Shown piece after piece: positions 35,123-49,184 of a stretch of 64,000 bases of DNA. The number at the start of each line of letters is the position of its first letter. Position 1 is the stretch's first letter. The notes beneath the pieces are model-generated. The model saw nothing but the letters and a program-made list of their open reading frames with translations. It was not told where the DNA came from and did not search any database. A program made the position numbers and the translations under genes. Origin of the DNA: Camelus dromedarius (taxonomy: Eukaryota); the NCBI RefSeq assembly GCF_036321535.1, contig NC_087472.1, positions 93,002,001 to 93,066,000 on the forward strand. The letters run 5' to 3'.

Positions 35123-37049
35123 GAGATTTTTAAACTAATAAAACTATTTAAAATTTTTAAGTACAAGTTTTTACTTTTTTACTATTTGAAAGAAATATAA
35201 TCATAGAAAAATGTAATGACTAAGAAAATGTCTCTTCAGGTTTCTCTTTAAATTTAATATTTTTCTTTGAGCATTGCATATTAGGCTAATTCACATTAAA
35301 AAAAAAATAGGCATGGTGTTAAAAATCCAAGTCACTAAGGTATGAAATTAAAGGCAAAATAATTCTAGAGAGAAAAATTCAAGAATGTATTTGTTGTCAT
35401 TTTAAGGCTTTGTGTTATAAATTATTTTGATTTGTATCATCAGAGACGTCTAGAAATAACTGTTTCAAACATCAGACTCCAGATGGATGGATTTAAGCTG
35501 CTGCATTCTAAAAATAGAAAGATATCTGTTAGATCAAATTGTCTTTTGACAAAATTACAGGACTAAGGAAATAACTTGTTCAAAAATACTTAGTAATAGT
35601 TACTAGTACTTTTAATATTCTTGTCAATAGACAATGACAATTTGAATTCTTGGCATTTATTTACATTAGTTGTGTGATTATTGGCCCTTTTCTCCAGATT
35701 TGGGATGTATTCTGTATCTCCAATATTTGTCCTTTTCTGGTCATAGGCTGAGTTAGTGATTAAGGAGAAAAAATTCTGTTCCCTCAGTCTGACTTTGGCC
35801 CCATTAGATTGTCATTCCCTCTTACAGGGCAAAGAAAGCACAGCTGCCAGTTTTTATGACAAGAACAGCATTCTCTCATATGTATTCTAGTACCCTCCTT
35901 CAAAGCAAACTTTCATTTCAACAGTCTCAGTAGAATAACACATTTGTCTTTTATTTGTCTCAATACTGAGTCAAGGAAGCTTTCTATACCAGCAGTTTTC
36001 CCAAAGAAGGGGGAAAAAATTCAACATTAAAAACAACCACCTACACAGTCCTCTAAACACGGCTTTCTGAGTTAAAGTATAAAAGATTTGCAATGAGAGA
36101 AAATCACATAGAATGTCTATTTCTGTGTAGAGACAAGGAACTAAAGAGGAAACCCAAAATAGGAGGGATGGAAGTGGAACTGCCAGTGACTCAGTAGGGG
36201 ACCTTTAGTAAATCACTTAACCTGGTCTCATTGCCTTTCAAACTAATCCAGACCTGCCCTCACCTCCCAGCCCTTTAATCCCTCCTCCCATTTATATTGC
36301 TTCCCTTGCTTCCTCCAGGCCTCTGCTACCTCCCTCCCTCCTCTCGCTATGACTAAACATATTTCTTTTCTTAATACCTTTACTGGGTAGATTTTTTTTC
36401 TTCCTTCCTCATCTTGCTCTATATGCCTGGGATGATTCTAGTGAGTCAGAGGTATCCTTTTAGAATCACAGTTTCCATGAAGCCTTCCTGTAACAAGCTG
36501 TAAGTTGCTGCTCACCCTTTTTATTTTAGTAATTATTAAAGCAAGCAGAAACTTTTCTTACTTTGATTTGAAAAGTTGAATCCCATTGTTTATCAAGACT
36601 TATCCAACTTGCTAATAAACTGCGTTGGTAAGATTTCACTCAGCAAGAGATGTGATGTTTCTTCAAATAATTACATCTTGCAGTCTCTGCTGTCTGCTTC
36701 CTTCTTCCTAGCCTGGGTCATGTGCACAAAAATAGATTTTGGGAAATGACACATTTGTCCTAGACCTAGATGGAAGAGTTGTTTGTCTTGGATGAAGAAG
36801 TGAATGAACATAATTGAAGGTTAGAGATTGTACTCTGACCAGATTAAAAATGTTCCTTTAACCCTCATCTTATGGTTGTTCTCTACTAATAGTATTGGAT
36901 TTATAAGAAGTTTGGAATTAGATTTAACTACATCTAAGCTGCAGAATGCTTATGGAAATGCGTTATGTATTTTATAAATGCAAAAGATTGTATTTATGTA
37001 ATTGTGTTGAAAGTTAACTAATATTATTCTTAAGCACTATTTTTATAAA

Positions 37050-37510
37050 CATTGAATTGAATTAATCGAGAAGTAGGAAAATCCCGGGGAGCTACAAATT
37101 CTTATGTGAGAAATTGCTTCCCCTGGAACTATCTTGGGCTGAAAATTGTTAGGGGAGGTCATTGAGAGGATGTGACTGCTGGTTGACCCACGTAAACAGA
37201 GACTTCTCACCCCCTCCCTGACCTTGGACCATAAGTTCCACACACTGTTCCCACAGTGGGAGCCATTTTCAAGGACACAGCTTTGAGGGAGCCAGCAATG
37301 TGTTGTTGAGACCATCTGAACCCAATTAAGGCCTCATAAATTTCTCAGATTATGGCAGGCAGCCATGAAGATCTACTTTTCTTGCAGCCGCCCAAGACAA
37401 GCCTCATGGGTAAGCTCCCCTGCTTATTAAACCTTCCACCTACCAATCTGGAGTGGTCTGCCTCTTCCATCTCCCTTGCCTTATGTATACAGGGAACAAT
37501 TTACAAACCA
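37050..37510 (+). mobile_element. Old ERV solo LTR (MER90/MER110-like; subfamily uncertain)
   Basis: ttattaaaccttccacctaccaatctggagtggtctgcctc, an LTR 3' motif. Confidence 0.55.
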
Positions 37511-38389
37511 ATGAAATTGACACAGAAGAATGGAAACCAAAATAATTCTGGTGTCAATTTTGATTTTGTTGTGTTTCTTGGCAAACTTTTTCAACATTAA
37601 TCATCAAAGAGAAAAGTAGGGAAGGCGATTTACAGCTTTTACTTTGGACCTTTAGCATTATTATGTACTCTATTTCACAGACAAGAAATATCTGATGGGT
37701 GTATGGTTAAGAACTGCACTAGGACCAATATGTCTGCCTCTTCCTTGGCCCTAAAACCAATGAAGGGAATTATGGTAAGCAGAGAATCTGAAGACTAGTT
37801 CCATGCTCTATTATTTCTGTGAATTTCCAAGGTACTTCCATTTTCTGTGCGAATGATTTTGAAACCTCCAACCGTAACATGTAGGGCTTTTTAAATTTTT
37901 TTTGTTTTTTAACTCAAGTTTTTGTGTCATTTTAATTTGCCAATTTTAATAGTGTTTGCAATACAGATTTTTAATCTCACATTACTTTGAAGTCAGCTGC
38001 ATGATGCCCCACTCCTTTTTTCCTAGCAAAAATTTACCTATTTAACTACCTGATTAGACTTGATGTGGTCCTCTGTATTTTCTCTTTTCCTAGTTCACAG
38101 AATCAGAGCTATTTTTAGATGACTATACACTTTTTTAAAAAAAAAAAGGTTCTACCAAATCAGTTCTTACAAGCATTAAAAAGGTTTGGAAGATATGGGG
38201 CAGGGGGAGAGGGAGAGAAATGTTTTGATATTCTTAGAGGATTTTCCAGGGAAAATGTTAGCAATGCTGACCTTTTGTATCAAGTTTTACCCACACAAAT
38301 GGGCTCTTTACTGTCAACTTGACTTTTACAAGGGCCTAAAAATGTTATCTAAAATAAAAATTAATTCAAATGATGCAAGTTGACATATC

Positions 38390-40790
38390 ACTTGCATTTT
38401 GGATCATACATATTTTCCCAAATCCCTGGATATAACACAACAAATAACCGTAGGAGGACTCTGAGAGATGGAAAGAAAGAGGTGGACTGCCTAGGGACCT
38501 TGGGATTTGAGGAATGGTAAGGTGGTGAATTCTCTGGGTTTCCTTATTACCTCCCGTATTATCTTGGATAGGGCTCTCCAGAAGCCTCTAATCCAGAATT
38601 GCCCATACACATAGACAAAAGGGGAAAAAAAGTCCTAATCCCTTGCCAAAGGACCAGGAGAAGGGTAGTTTAACAAACAACAACAAAAAAAAATTGGAAA
38701 CACCCACCCTACTCCAGCCAAACATCCATGAGAAAAATGCATCCCACCTCTAGGATCCCCAAGTTGGGGATTGATCTTCCATGCCTCCACCTTGCCCTGT
38801 GGAAACAGGTGTTAGTACTTGAATTCTCTCCTTCCACCTGGGGCAGGGCTAGGTGGGGACCTAACCCGAGTAGGGAGCATATCTTCCATTTCCTGCCTGA
38901 TGGAAGCAGGCAGTACTCTTAATTCCCTTGCTGAGTGATGTCACTAGGTTATTCCGGGCCGTTAATCTTCCATCCCCTACCCAATGCAACCAGAAGATGT
39001 TTCAATTACCCTGCAGAGATAGTGTTAGCGAGGTTGAGCTGGGACCTGATCTACAAGCCCCTGCCTAGCAGGGCTCTAATTTCTCACCCAGGGTAGTGTC
39101 AGTGGGATCCAGCTGTGAGCTGAGCCTCCCCCTTCACCTGGAGTCAGTGAGGCTGAGTGAGGTGGTCAAGAGGTGGGGCTAGTTGGCACTCTGCTTCCTC
39201 CCTTCTGCTTTCCTGGTGTTGGAGGGGTCCATCTGGAAGAGTAAGCTTCTACCCTTACCCTGCAGCATCAAAGTCATATGAGTAAGTCAACTTCCTCCCT
39301 TTCTGGTGTCAGCCGGGCCCAGCAGGAAGCTAAGCTTTCACCTCCATTCAGAGGTAATGAGAAGGTGTGAGTCGGTGCCCCACTTTCACCAGAGGAGTGT
39401 CAACAAGGCCAGAGGGGGAGCTAAGCCTCCATCCCACTTGTGTGCAGTGAGGCAGTGTGTGTGGTTGCCAGGATGGATGGTGGGACTCACTGAGAAGCAA
39501 AACATGCACAACAAACTGCCCACACACTAAACTTGAATAGGGGACTGCCTGCTAAAAAGGGGAGGTTAAATCGGATCCAGAGACTCATAATACAATATCC
39601 AAAATGTCCAGAATAAAATAGAAAATCACTCATCATACTAAGAACCAAGAAAGTCATAGCACACATGGAAACAAAGACAACCAACTGATAACAACACTAA
39701 GATACCAAGAATTAGATCTTAGCATTATCTGACAAGGATTTTACAGTTATTATTGTGTTTGTGTGATGAGAACACTTAAGATTTACTCTTTAAGTATACA
39801 GTATAGTAATATTAACTATAGTCACCATATTGAACATTAGGCCCCCAGAACCTATTCATTTTAAAACTGAAATGTGTACCCTTTGACTAACATCTCCTAC
39901 TTGCCCCACTCCCTAGCCCTTGGCAACTGCTGTTATAATCTCTGGTCCTATGAATTCAACTTTTTTAGATTTCACATATAAGTGAATTCATACAATATCT
40001 GCCTTTCTGTATCTAGCTTATTTCACTCTGACAACAATTTTAAACGAGCCATAATACAAATGTATAAACAAGCAATTACACATTCTTGTAAAACAAAGGA
40101 AAAATAGGAAATCTCAACAAAGAAATGGAATTTATTAAATAGAGCCAAATGGAAATCATAGAACTTAAAAATTCAATAACCAAAATAAAAAAGCTCAATG
40201 GATGACTCATTAGTAGAGTGGAGATTACAGAGGGTAAAATTGGTGAATTTATGGACAGAGTATTAGAATTTACTCAATCAAAACAGTTACCATATGACCC
40301 AGCAATTCCACTCGCACTATTTATAGTGGTCCCAAGGTGAAAACAGCCTAAATGTCCATCAGAAGATGAATGGATAAACAAAATGTATCTATCCATAAAA
40401 TTGAATATTATTTAGCCATAAAAAATGACTTGAGTACTGATACATGCTATGTTATAGCTATGTTATAGCTGAACCTCAAAAACATTATGCCAAGTTAAAG
40501 AAGCAAGATATAAAAAGCCACATATTGTATCATTCCATTTATATGAAATGTCCAGAATAATAAAATCTTTAGAGACAAGAAATAAATTAGTTGTTTCCCA
40601 CTAGTAGGTGGAGAGAATGAGGAATGACTGCTAATGGGCACAGGATTTCTTTTGGGAGTCGTAAAAATGTTCTGATATTACCTGAGGTGATGGTTGCACG
40701 ACTCTGTAAATATACTAAAAACCATTGAATCATATGCTTTAAATTGGTGAAATTTATGGTACGTAAATTATGTCTTAATAAAGCTAAATG
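38390..40790 (+). mobile_element. L1MB-like element: 5'UTR/ORF1 start joined to the 3' end
   Basis: GC-richer 5'UTR, ORF1-like aaatggaaatcatagaacttaaaaattcaataac, then ccatatgacccagcaattccactc and a 3'UTR ending aataaagct. Confidence 0.8.
39744..40026 (-). mobile_element. L1MA 3' fragment nested in the older L1
   Basis: gagaacacttaagatttactct..ttagatttcacatataagtga; TSD tctgacaa(gg/ca)atttta. Confidence 0.85.
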
Positions 40791-41884
40791 TAGTATCAAT
40801 GTAGTAGACTAGGTTAGACCATTTTGATTACCCATATGCCTTTTGTGCATATATAAAAATGGTTATTTACAACAAAAAAAGTCCAAATTCAATCCCACTC
40901 AAATTCTTTTTTGAGCAACTGTGCCTGGCACTGGTGTTGGTGTGCTCTGGGGCATACAGAAATGAGTAAGAAACAAGTCTTAACCTCAGAGAGCTTACAC
41001 TCATCAGAGATAGAGCCATACATAAATATTTGTAATCTAAAATGATCATTTTCACACAATTTGCTTCATTTATTCAGATAAACAGCACCAGCACATTAAA
41101 TATAGCAGTTAATAACAAAATTGAACTTTACACAGGTAAACCAGTTTTTTTTTTTTTTCATGTTGCACCCCTCCATAGCATTTATAAGAAATAGCAAAAC
41201 TGAAACTTGGTCCAAGCCAACTATCATTTTTCTGTATCCATTCAGATACTTATTACTAATACTTAAAGACCTTTCCTTTGGGCAATTGTTTGTGAAATCA
41301 ACCTGCTTGACACTCCTATATTAACTTGGAAGCAATCACTATTTCTAGCTGTAACTCTTGACTAAGCTAATAATGTTTTGAATTAATTGACTAGCTTGCA
41401 AATGTGGAAGGAGTTACTTGATGTATCTGACTGGGCAATTTTCCTTGAGTCGTGTTGGCTCATTTAAAATTCTGTGAAGAATATAATGATTGACAGAAAA
41501 GCTTCCCTAAAGCAGCATTTATTTTGGAGATACATTACCTTTTACTGGTGAACTTGGCAGTGCAAACTAATGTAAACTGACTGGAATTAACAATCACACA
41601 GCAAGCTACTAATGTCCACCTTGAGAGGGGGTATGTGTCTAATCAAATGCAGTTAATGATCTCTTGATAAATCACAAACTTGGAACTATATGTAATCAGA
41701 GGTGGAAGAAAATAAAATGCGCTCAGAAGATTGTTATCCCTTAGATCAAAGTCTAGCAGTGCACATTACCCAAACGTTTTACTCTGACTTTTCTCCTCTC
41801 AACGTTGGGAGGGGATTTGTGAATGAGGTCTATGTCTTGCAGGCCACAAAACTAATAAATGAATGGTAGCTATCAAAAAACACT

Positions 41885-42140
41885 AGATAGTAGCATAGTG
41901 GTGTCTGCTCTAGAGTAAACCTGCAAGGGATCAAATACCTCTTCCACCACTTAATAGTCCATTGACTTTGGGCAAGTCTCTATGCCTCTCTGAGCCTTAG
42001 CTTCTTCATCTGTGTAATGGAAATAGAAATAGAACTTACCACATGGGATACCTGGAAGTTTTGAATGAGATAATATATACAAGCTGTTTACCATGCTGTC
42101 TGGCATTTAGAAGCATGCTATACATATTCTTAATTATTAA
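41885..42140 (+). mobile_element. MIR SINE, near full length
   Basis: tgactttgggcaagtctctatgcctctctgagccttagcttcttcatctgtgtaatgg. Confidence 0.9.
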
Positions 42141-42494
42141 TATTAGCCATTATTTCACTCACAGATTGAAAGTTGGACAAATAGTTGGGGTATACCACCA
42201 CCATGAGGATGAGTGTGGACCATAGACATAAAGTTGGAACTGGGTTTCTAAAGGCATTTGGGATCAGGTAAATAGAGTAGGTCACCAAGAGAGTTGAAGA
42301 TATGAAAAGGCTAATCCCACTGACCATACTCTTATTTCCTGAGGTACAGTATTATAGATACCTACAAAGATATCACAACTACCTAAAAGGTATTCCACTG
42401 CCCCTTAAGGTGGAAGTGATAACAGACCCTTGATGAAACCAAATTAACTATGCTCTTCATTACGTCTCTGCTAGGCAATCAGAAAGCAGCTGAG

Positions 42495-42978
42495 CTTGTT
42501 GCATTTATTTCTGTTGAACAAATGACTCCTAAATTTAGTGGCTTAAAACAAAGATTTTATTTGCTTACTTTTTTGTGGGTAAGGAATTCAGAAAGGGCTT
42601 GACTGATTGATTTTCTCCAATCCCCTTGGTTTCAGCCAAGGGTTTGGACCAGGATGGGTCTGTCATTCACAAACTTAGAGCCTTGGGGCTCCTTGTCTCT
42701 CACTCTTTCTACATGGTTCTCATTTTTCATGGCCTTGTAGCTCGGGTTCCTTGAAGATGTGGCAGTCTCAGGATAGTTGAACTCTGTATATGGCAGCTGA
42801 CTTGCCCCAGGGTGTGGTTCTAAGAAAAGGACATTGCCAGTCTTTTAATGCCTGGGCCCATACTCTGCAATACTTGTGCAATATTCTGTTGTTTTAAGCA
42901 GTCAAGAGGTCCCCAGATTCAAGGGAAGGGGATATAGGCCTCATCTCTCAATGAGAGATCAAAGAATTTGTAGCCATG
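42495..42978 (-). mobile_element. MLT1 LTR interrupted by L1
   Basis: aaatttagtggcttaaaacaa..ccagattcaagggaagggg. Confidence 0.75.
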
Positions 42979-43557
42979 TTTTTTTCCCTACTTTGTTGAG
43001 GTATACTTGACAAATAAAATTGTGTATAAAGTGTACATTGTGATGATTTGTTATATGTGTACATTGTGAAATATTTACCATGATCAGGTTAATTAACACA
43101 TTCATCATGTCACACAGTTACTTTTTTGTGGTAAGAAAACTCAAGATCTATTCTCTTAGCAAATTTCAAGAATACAATACAGTATTATTAATTATAGTCA
43201 CCATACTGTTCATTAGAACCTCAGAATTCCTTTTATAACTGAAAGTTTTTAGCCCTTGGTCCATGTTTACAAATTTCTCCTACCCCCAACCCCTGGCAAT
43301 CACCATTCTACAATCTGTTTCTATGAATTTGCCATTTTGGGGAAAAAAATTCACATAGGATACCATACTAATAGTTGTGAGTAATATCTCATTGTGGTTT
43401 TGATTTGCATTTCCCTGATGATTAGTGATATTGAGCACCTTTTCATATACCTGTTGGTCATTTGTATGTCTTTGGGAAAATGTCTAATCAAGTCCCCTGC
43501 CCATTGAAAAATCAGATTACTTGTTTTTATGCTATTCAGTTATATGAATTCCTTATG

Positions 43558-43751
43558 CAGTAGTCCCTTGGTGCCCGTGGGGGATGGGTTCTGGGAACCC
43601 CTAAAGATACGAAATCTGAGGATGCTCAGTTACTTACTGTCATCCCTCCATATCCATGGTCTCTGCGTTTGCAGATATGGAGGGCTGACTATATATACAG
43701 TGAAAAAAAAATCAGTGTTTAAGTGGACCCACACAGTTCAAGGTTCAACTG
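43558..43751. mobile_element. MER2-like Tigger MITE nested in L1
   Basis: cagtagtcccttggtgcccgtgggggatgggttc..gatatggagggctgact..aagtggacccacacagttcaa. Confidence 0.75.
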
Positions 43752-44685
43752 TTTTTTTTCAAGGTTAACCCCTTATCAGATACCTGGTTTGCAAACATTT
43801 TTTCCCATCCCATAGGTTGTCTTTTCATTTTGTTGATGGTGTCCTTTGCTGTGCATAAACTTTTCAGTGTGATGTAGTCCCATTTGTTTATTTCTGCTGC
43901 CATTGCTGTGCATTTGGTGTCATATAAAATATCATTGTCAAAACCAATGTCAAGGAGCCTTTTACTGTGTTTTTTTCTAAGGGTTTTATGGTTTTGGGTC
44001 TTACATTTACCTCTTTAATCCATTTTCTGTTAATTTTTGTGAATGGTGTAAGACGGTCCAATTTCATTCTTCTGCATGTGAATATCCAATTTTCCCAGCA
44101 CCATTAATTTAACAGAATATCTTTCCTTATTGTGTGTTCTTGGTATCCTTTTCAAAGTTTAGTTGACTATATATACATGGGTGTATTTCTGGGCTCTCTA
44201 TTCTGCTCCACTGGTCTATGTGTCTGTTTTTATGACAGCACCATACTATTTTGATTACTATAGCTTTGTAATATAGTTTGGAATCAGGAAGTGTGACGCC
44301 TCCAGTTTCCTTCTTCTTTTTCAAGATTGCTTTGGCTATTTGGGGTCTTTGTGCTTTCATACAAATTTTAGGATTTTTTTCTATTTGTGTGAAAAATGCC
44401 ATTATAGTTTTGGTAGAGATTTCACTGACTCTTTAGATCACTTTAGGTGTTATGCATGTTGTAACAATGTTAATTCTTCCAATCAAGGACATGAGATCTT
44501 TCCATTTATTTGTGTCCTTCAATTTCTTTCATCAGTGTCTTATAGTTTACAGCATACAGATCTTTCACCTTCTTGGTAAATTTATTCCTAAGTGTTATAA
44601 TTTTGGGTGATATTGTAAATGAGATTGCTTTCTTAATTTCTCTTTCAGATAGTTTTTTGTTAGTATATAGAAACAAATGATTTTT

Positions 44686-44979
44686 TGGTATATATTTAAA
44701 TTTTTATTGAAGTATAGTCAGTTTACAATGTTGGGTCAATTTCTGGTGTACAGGCTAATGCTTCAGTCATACATGAATATACATGTGTTCGTTTTCATAC
44801 TATTTTCACCATAAGTTACTATAAGATATTGAGTATAGTTCCCTGTGCTATACAGTATGAACTTGTTTATCTATTTTATATATATATTAGTATCTGTAAA
44901 TCTTGAACTCCCAATTTATCCCTTCCCACCCCCTTTACACCCAGTAATCGTAAGTTTGTTCTCTATGTCTGTGAGTCTG
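44686..44979 (-). mobile_element. Camelid-type L1 3' tail nested in the older L1
   Basis: 17-bp TSD agaaacaaatgattttt at 44669-44685 and 44980-44996. Confidence 0.9.
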
Positions 44980-45893
44980 AGAAACAAATGATTTTTGTAT
45001 ATTGATATTGTGTCCTGCTATAGCTATATTTGATATACCACAGAGCTACACACCTATATGAATATATTTTTCTCAGCATTATCATTTGTTTGATTATTAA
45101 AGAAGCCTTGGCCTATGGAACATAGAGATTAATATCATGAGAATTCTTTCTAAAGTTAAAGCTGACATCAAATGTCAGGTTCACATTTGTAGATGCTGAA
45201 AATCTTTGGTTTTGAGTTTTCTTGAAATATTTCTTATTTGATTTAAGTGGTATACATAGATAAACTTTCTTGAATGAAATGGAGACAATATAAAGGAATG
45301 TACAATTATGTTCTCATTATCACTTGCAGTTACATAAAATAAAATAGGTCGGAAATAATAGTAAATTCACTAACACAGGTAAATTTGTGAAAGCAAAATA
45401 TATTTTGTAGTTAAAAAATAGGTTCCTAGTGCAGATTGTTATCATGGGCTCATTATTTTAAAATCATTATTTGCATCCAGAGAACACTCTTTTAAGTCAC
45501 ATTGTTATTAACATAAAAATTGCTTACCCACCCAATTTATTCTTGTTATATGGCATCTGTTTCCACTTGAATCAGAAAATGTTCCATGTGTTTCTTGCTA
45601 ATAAGAATTGTTCTGAGTATGAGAACTTGTTTCTCAATTTATATTGCCTAGTTCTGCTTTTTACATGATATTTGTCTGTCTGCCTAATGCCACTTATGTA
45701 TGTGACTGACACAGCTACTCAACATCTCTGATCTTGCAACAGAGAATACTAAAGCTTTATCTCGTCTCCCTTCTGCTTGTAGAAATTAGGTGATATTTGG
45801 CTTAAGACATTCACCTGACCAATGTCGAAGGATATGGTCCTTTCAAAGCTTTGGTCATGTCTTTATGCAACCAAAGTGGCAATCAAAGGCCAC

Positions 45894-46270
45894 GCAAAGT
45901 CGTGGATAGATGCTGACTAGAGGAACAGCTAATCTATTCCAATGACTCAGCTTTACTGTTTCCTTGGGAACATGAACAGAACTCTTATCAGGGGATCTAA
46001 GTCTTCCTGGGCAGAGATTTTCACTCTTTCAGGACATGTCACCACACTAAGCTCCTGGTTTCTGGGGACTCATTAACTAACAGTGCTCCTCAAATTCCTG
46101 ACCTAATTTTAGACTGGAGCAGTGATTTTCAACCTTGCTTCCATAACTACAATCACCTGGGAGATTTAAGAAATCCTGATGCCTGAGCTTCTCTGCAGAA
46201 CAATTAAATGAGGATCTGCGAAGGTGGAACTCTAAGACATCAGTGTTTTTTAAAGCCCCTGGGGTGATTC
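45894..46270 (+). repeat. Local duplication, copy 1 (unique sequence plus part of MER5A)
   Basis: Aligns by eye with 48361-48749 (ctattccaatgactcagct, cctgacctaattttagactggag). Confidence 0.9.
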
Positions 46271-46559
46271 CAATAAGTAGCATAAGTAGTAAGGCTTTAT
46301 ATATATGTGTATATATACATATACACACATATGCATTTTTTTTTAAAACAGTATATGTAAACCTTAAAATTCATCAACCGGCAGGTTTATAAGTCAAGGT
46401 TTCTGTAATTCCACGTAGGATAAACCAACTCACCAACTGGACGTGGCATTTTATGTTTCCTGAAAGGACACCTATTGTTACCCAGTCTAAACTAGGGAGA
46501 TGTTTTTTGTTTTTTGAATTCCTTTAGGTCATTATCAACATTGTTAGAGAGCCCATTTT

Positions 46560-47065
46560 TAAAGTTAAAAAACCTCCATGCAAAAAGTGAAAGTAAGCTA
46601 AAAAATTTTAAAAGACTATAAAAAGATAAACACTAAATTTGAATTCAAATAAAAAATATGAATGTAACTATGTAAAATCAATAGCACAACCACACTGGGA
46701 ACAAAAGAAAAGAATTATTTGAAGTAACTTTTGATTAAGCACTCTGTACAAACTCAGTTTTCTATATTCTTGAACTTAATATGTTTATTATAATAATGGA
46801 ATTGTTATAGTAAATATGCAACTATTTTGTGTTTATTGTAGGACAGGGCAAGTGAGTAAATATATAGAAGTTATTGGGAGCCAGGCTTATCATCATGAGA
46901 AAAAGAAGAAGAATGCAGATACGAAGTAGAGGAAAGTAAGGAAAAACCTATATTATTACATGGTTTAGAAAATTTAGAATATACCAAAATCCAAAATGTG
47001 TGTGTAAAAAATGGTTAAAATAGTGACTTTTATGTTATGTGAATTTTATCTTAAAAAAAAAAAAA
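46560..47065 (+). mobile_element. L1MC/MD-like 3'UTR
   Basis: Ends aaatggttaaaatagtgacttttatgttatgtgaattttatct plus poly(A). Confidence 0.65.
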
Positions 47066-47949
47066 CCTACAAGAAAAGAGCAAGTATCTTAGAACCAGAC
47101 AGATCTGAGTTCATATCTAGACTTTGCTATGTCCTAGATGTATGAATGTGTGCCAAGCACTCCATCACTGCACATGTTTCTCGCTCTGTAATAAGGTTAT
47201 TAATAAACCCTAGCTCAAATATGGGGGACACATTGGAAGGGACCCAGATATAACTTTCTGGAGTGTTACAATATTTGACTCCCCCACATTTAAACTGCAA
47301 CCTCCCTCTCAAAAGGCAAACTCTCTCCGTCCCATACCTCACTTGGACACGGTGCAGTTATCGGCACAGTTTTCACTCCATTTTCAAACATGTGTATCCT
47401 CTTTCTGCTCCTATGTCATCACATCCTGTTTTTTCTTTTGAATTATGGTGTCACTTGGTTGAATCCTCTTTCTCCTGCTTGCCTTTAAGTTTGGAAGATC
47501 TGGTTTGTATTCTGTCTGAGGATCACTTAGTTTTTCAGGCCAGGAAGTTTCCCCCAGGATATTCATCCATATCTTATTTTCAATCACAATGTATAAACCA
47601 ATAACTCCCATTTATTTTACTTCTGCGATATGGGTCTAAGTATGCTATTGACTGGTAGATATCTTCAACTGCATATAAGTCAGCACCTCAAACTCAAGGT
47701 TTAGCAAATGAAAATCCTTCTCTTCCCAACTTGAACCTTTTCTTCAACTTGAACTTCATTTAACAAAACCCACTACCTACACAATTTCCAAAATAGAACC
47801 TGGAAAATTTTCTTAGACATTTTTCTATGAATCAACACTCCATCCTATCAGCCAAGTTTGTGTAGTTTTCATGTTGAATATAAAATATGTCTATCTTTAC
47901 TTAGAGCTACCAACAAATATTTACTTAAATATTAGGGAGACACATTAGA

Positions 47950-48160
47950 ACAGAGATAAAGAAATTAGACTCTGAAATCAAATAGAAATAACAATTTTAC
48001 CATTTTTAAGCCAGGCAATTTGGTTCTGTTAGTAAACCTATGTGAATTTCAACTTCCTTATCAGTAAAATAGGTTAACCCACATCTTAGAGTATTTTGGT
48101 GAGCAATAAATGAGATAATTCATATAAAAATTAGCACAGCATGGTACCAGTGCATAGCAA
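47950..48160 (+). mobile_element. MIR SINE
   Basis: gactctgaaatcaaa..cttccttatcagtaaaatagg..aaatgagataattcatataaaa. Confidence 0.75.
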
Positions 48161-48360
48161 GGGACCAATTTCAGGAAATCTTGTATCGGTTGTGTTTGAC
48201 CCTTTCCATCACAGAAGATGTTCTAGGTCTTATCCCTTTCTCTTGGTCTGAGATGTTCTCAGACCTTATTTGGAGTATGGGAGGGTGTTTCCTTTCAGGG
48301 TGATTAGAGAGGGGCCAGGCAGTCATGAAGCCCTCTGGCAAGGTGCAAGGTACCGACCAG

Positions 48361-48749
48361 GCAAAGTCATCAGTGGATGCTGAGTAAACAAACAGCTAGT
48401 CTATTCCAATGACTCAGCTCTACTGTTTCCCTGGAAACATGAACAGAACTCATCTCAGGGGACCTGAGTCTTCCTGGGCAGAGGTTTTCACCCTTTTAGG
48501 ACTTGCCACAACAATCAGTTCCTGGTTTCTAGGGACTCTTATTTACCAGTATTTTTCTGCTTTTCCTCAAATGCCTGACCTAATTTTAGACTGGAGTAGT
48601 GATTTTCAACCTTGCTTCCATATTACAATCACATGGGGGAGATTTCAGAACTCCTTATGCCCCGCCTTAACTACAGAACAGTTAAATCAGGATCTCTGGA
48701 GATGGGACTCTAAGACATCAGTATTTTTTTAAAACCCCCAAGGTGATTC
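48361..48749 (+). repeat. Local duplication, copy 2
   Basis: Aligns by eye with 45894-46270. Confidence 0.9.
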
Positions 48750-48940
48750 AGATATGAAGCAAAGGTAGTGAACCACGGATCTAAAGCTTTACAACACAAA
48801 AATGTGGTCTGTGACAAGCAATGTTGACATCAACCAGGAGCTTTTTAAAAATACAGAATTTCAGCCATGTCCCAGACTTACTGAATCAGAATCTACAATT
48901 TCACGAGACACTCAAGTGATTTGTATTTGAGAAGCACTGG
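48597..48940. mobile_element. Tandem MER5A/MER5B MITEs
   Basis: cccagacttactgaatcagaatctaca..tttgagaagcactg. Confidence 0.75.
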
Positions 48941-49184
48941 TTTAGAACAATGATTCTCAATTCCAGCTACACATTAATATTAGTTGTAGGATCAGATGTT
49001 AGAGTAGATTTGAAAAGACAGGGAAATAAGAGTCAATAAAGAGGGCCCAAGGGGAGTAGAGTCGGGAGGGAGGGAGAGTGGGAGGGAGACAGCATACTGA
49101 GTGATGCAAATAATCCAAAGATATGTCTTGGTATGTTAGAAGATGCAGAGGCTCACATTTAATATTAATTTGTCACTTGTAATT

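Larger units (their letters stand above)
42980..45020 (-). mobile_element. L1MA-like 3' portion hosting nested elements
   Basis: ORF 44127..44402 has [32 protein letters not shown]; near-TSD tagccatgttt / tagctatattt. Confidence 0.9.
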
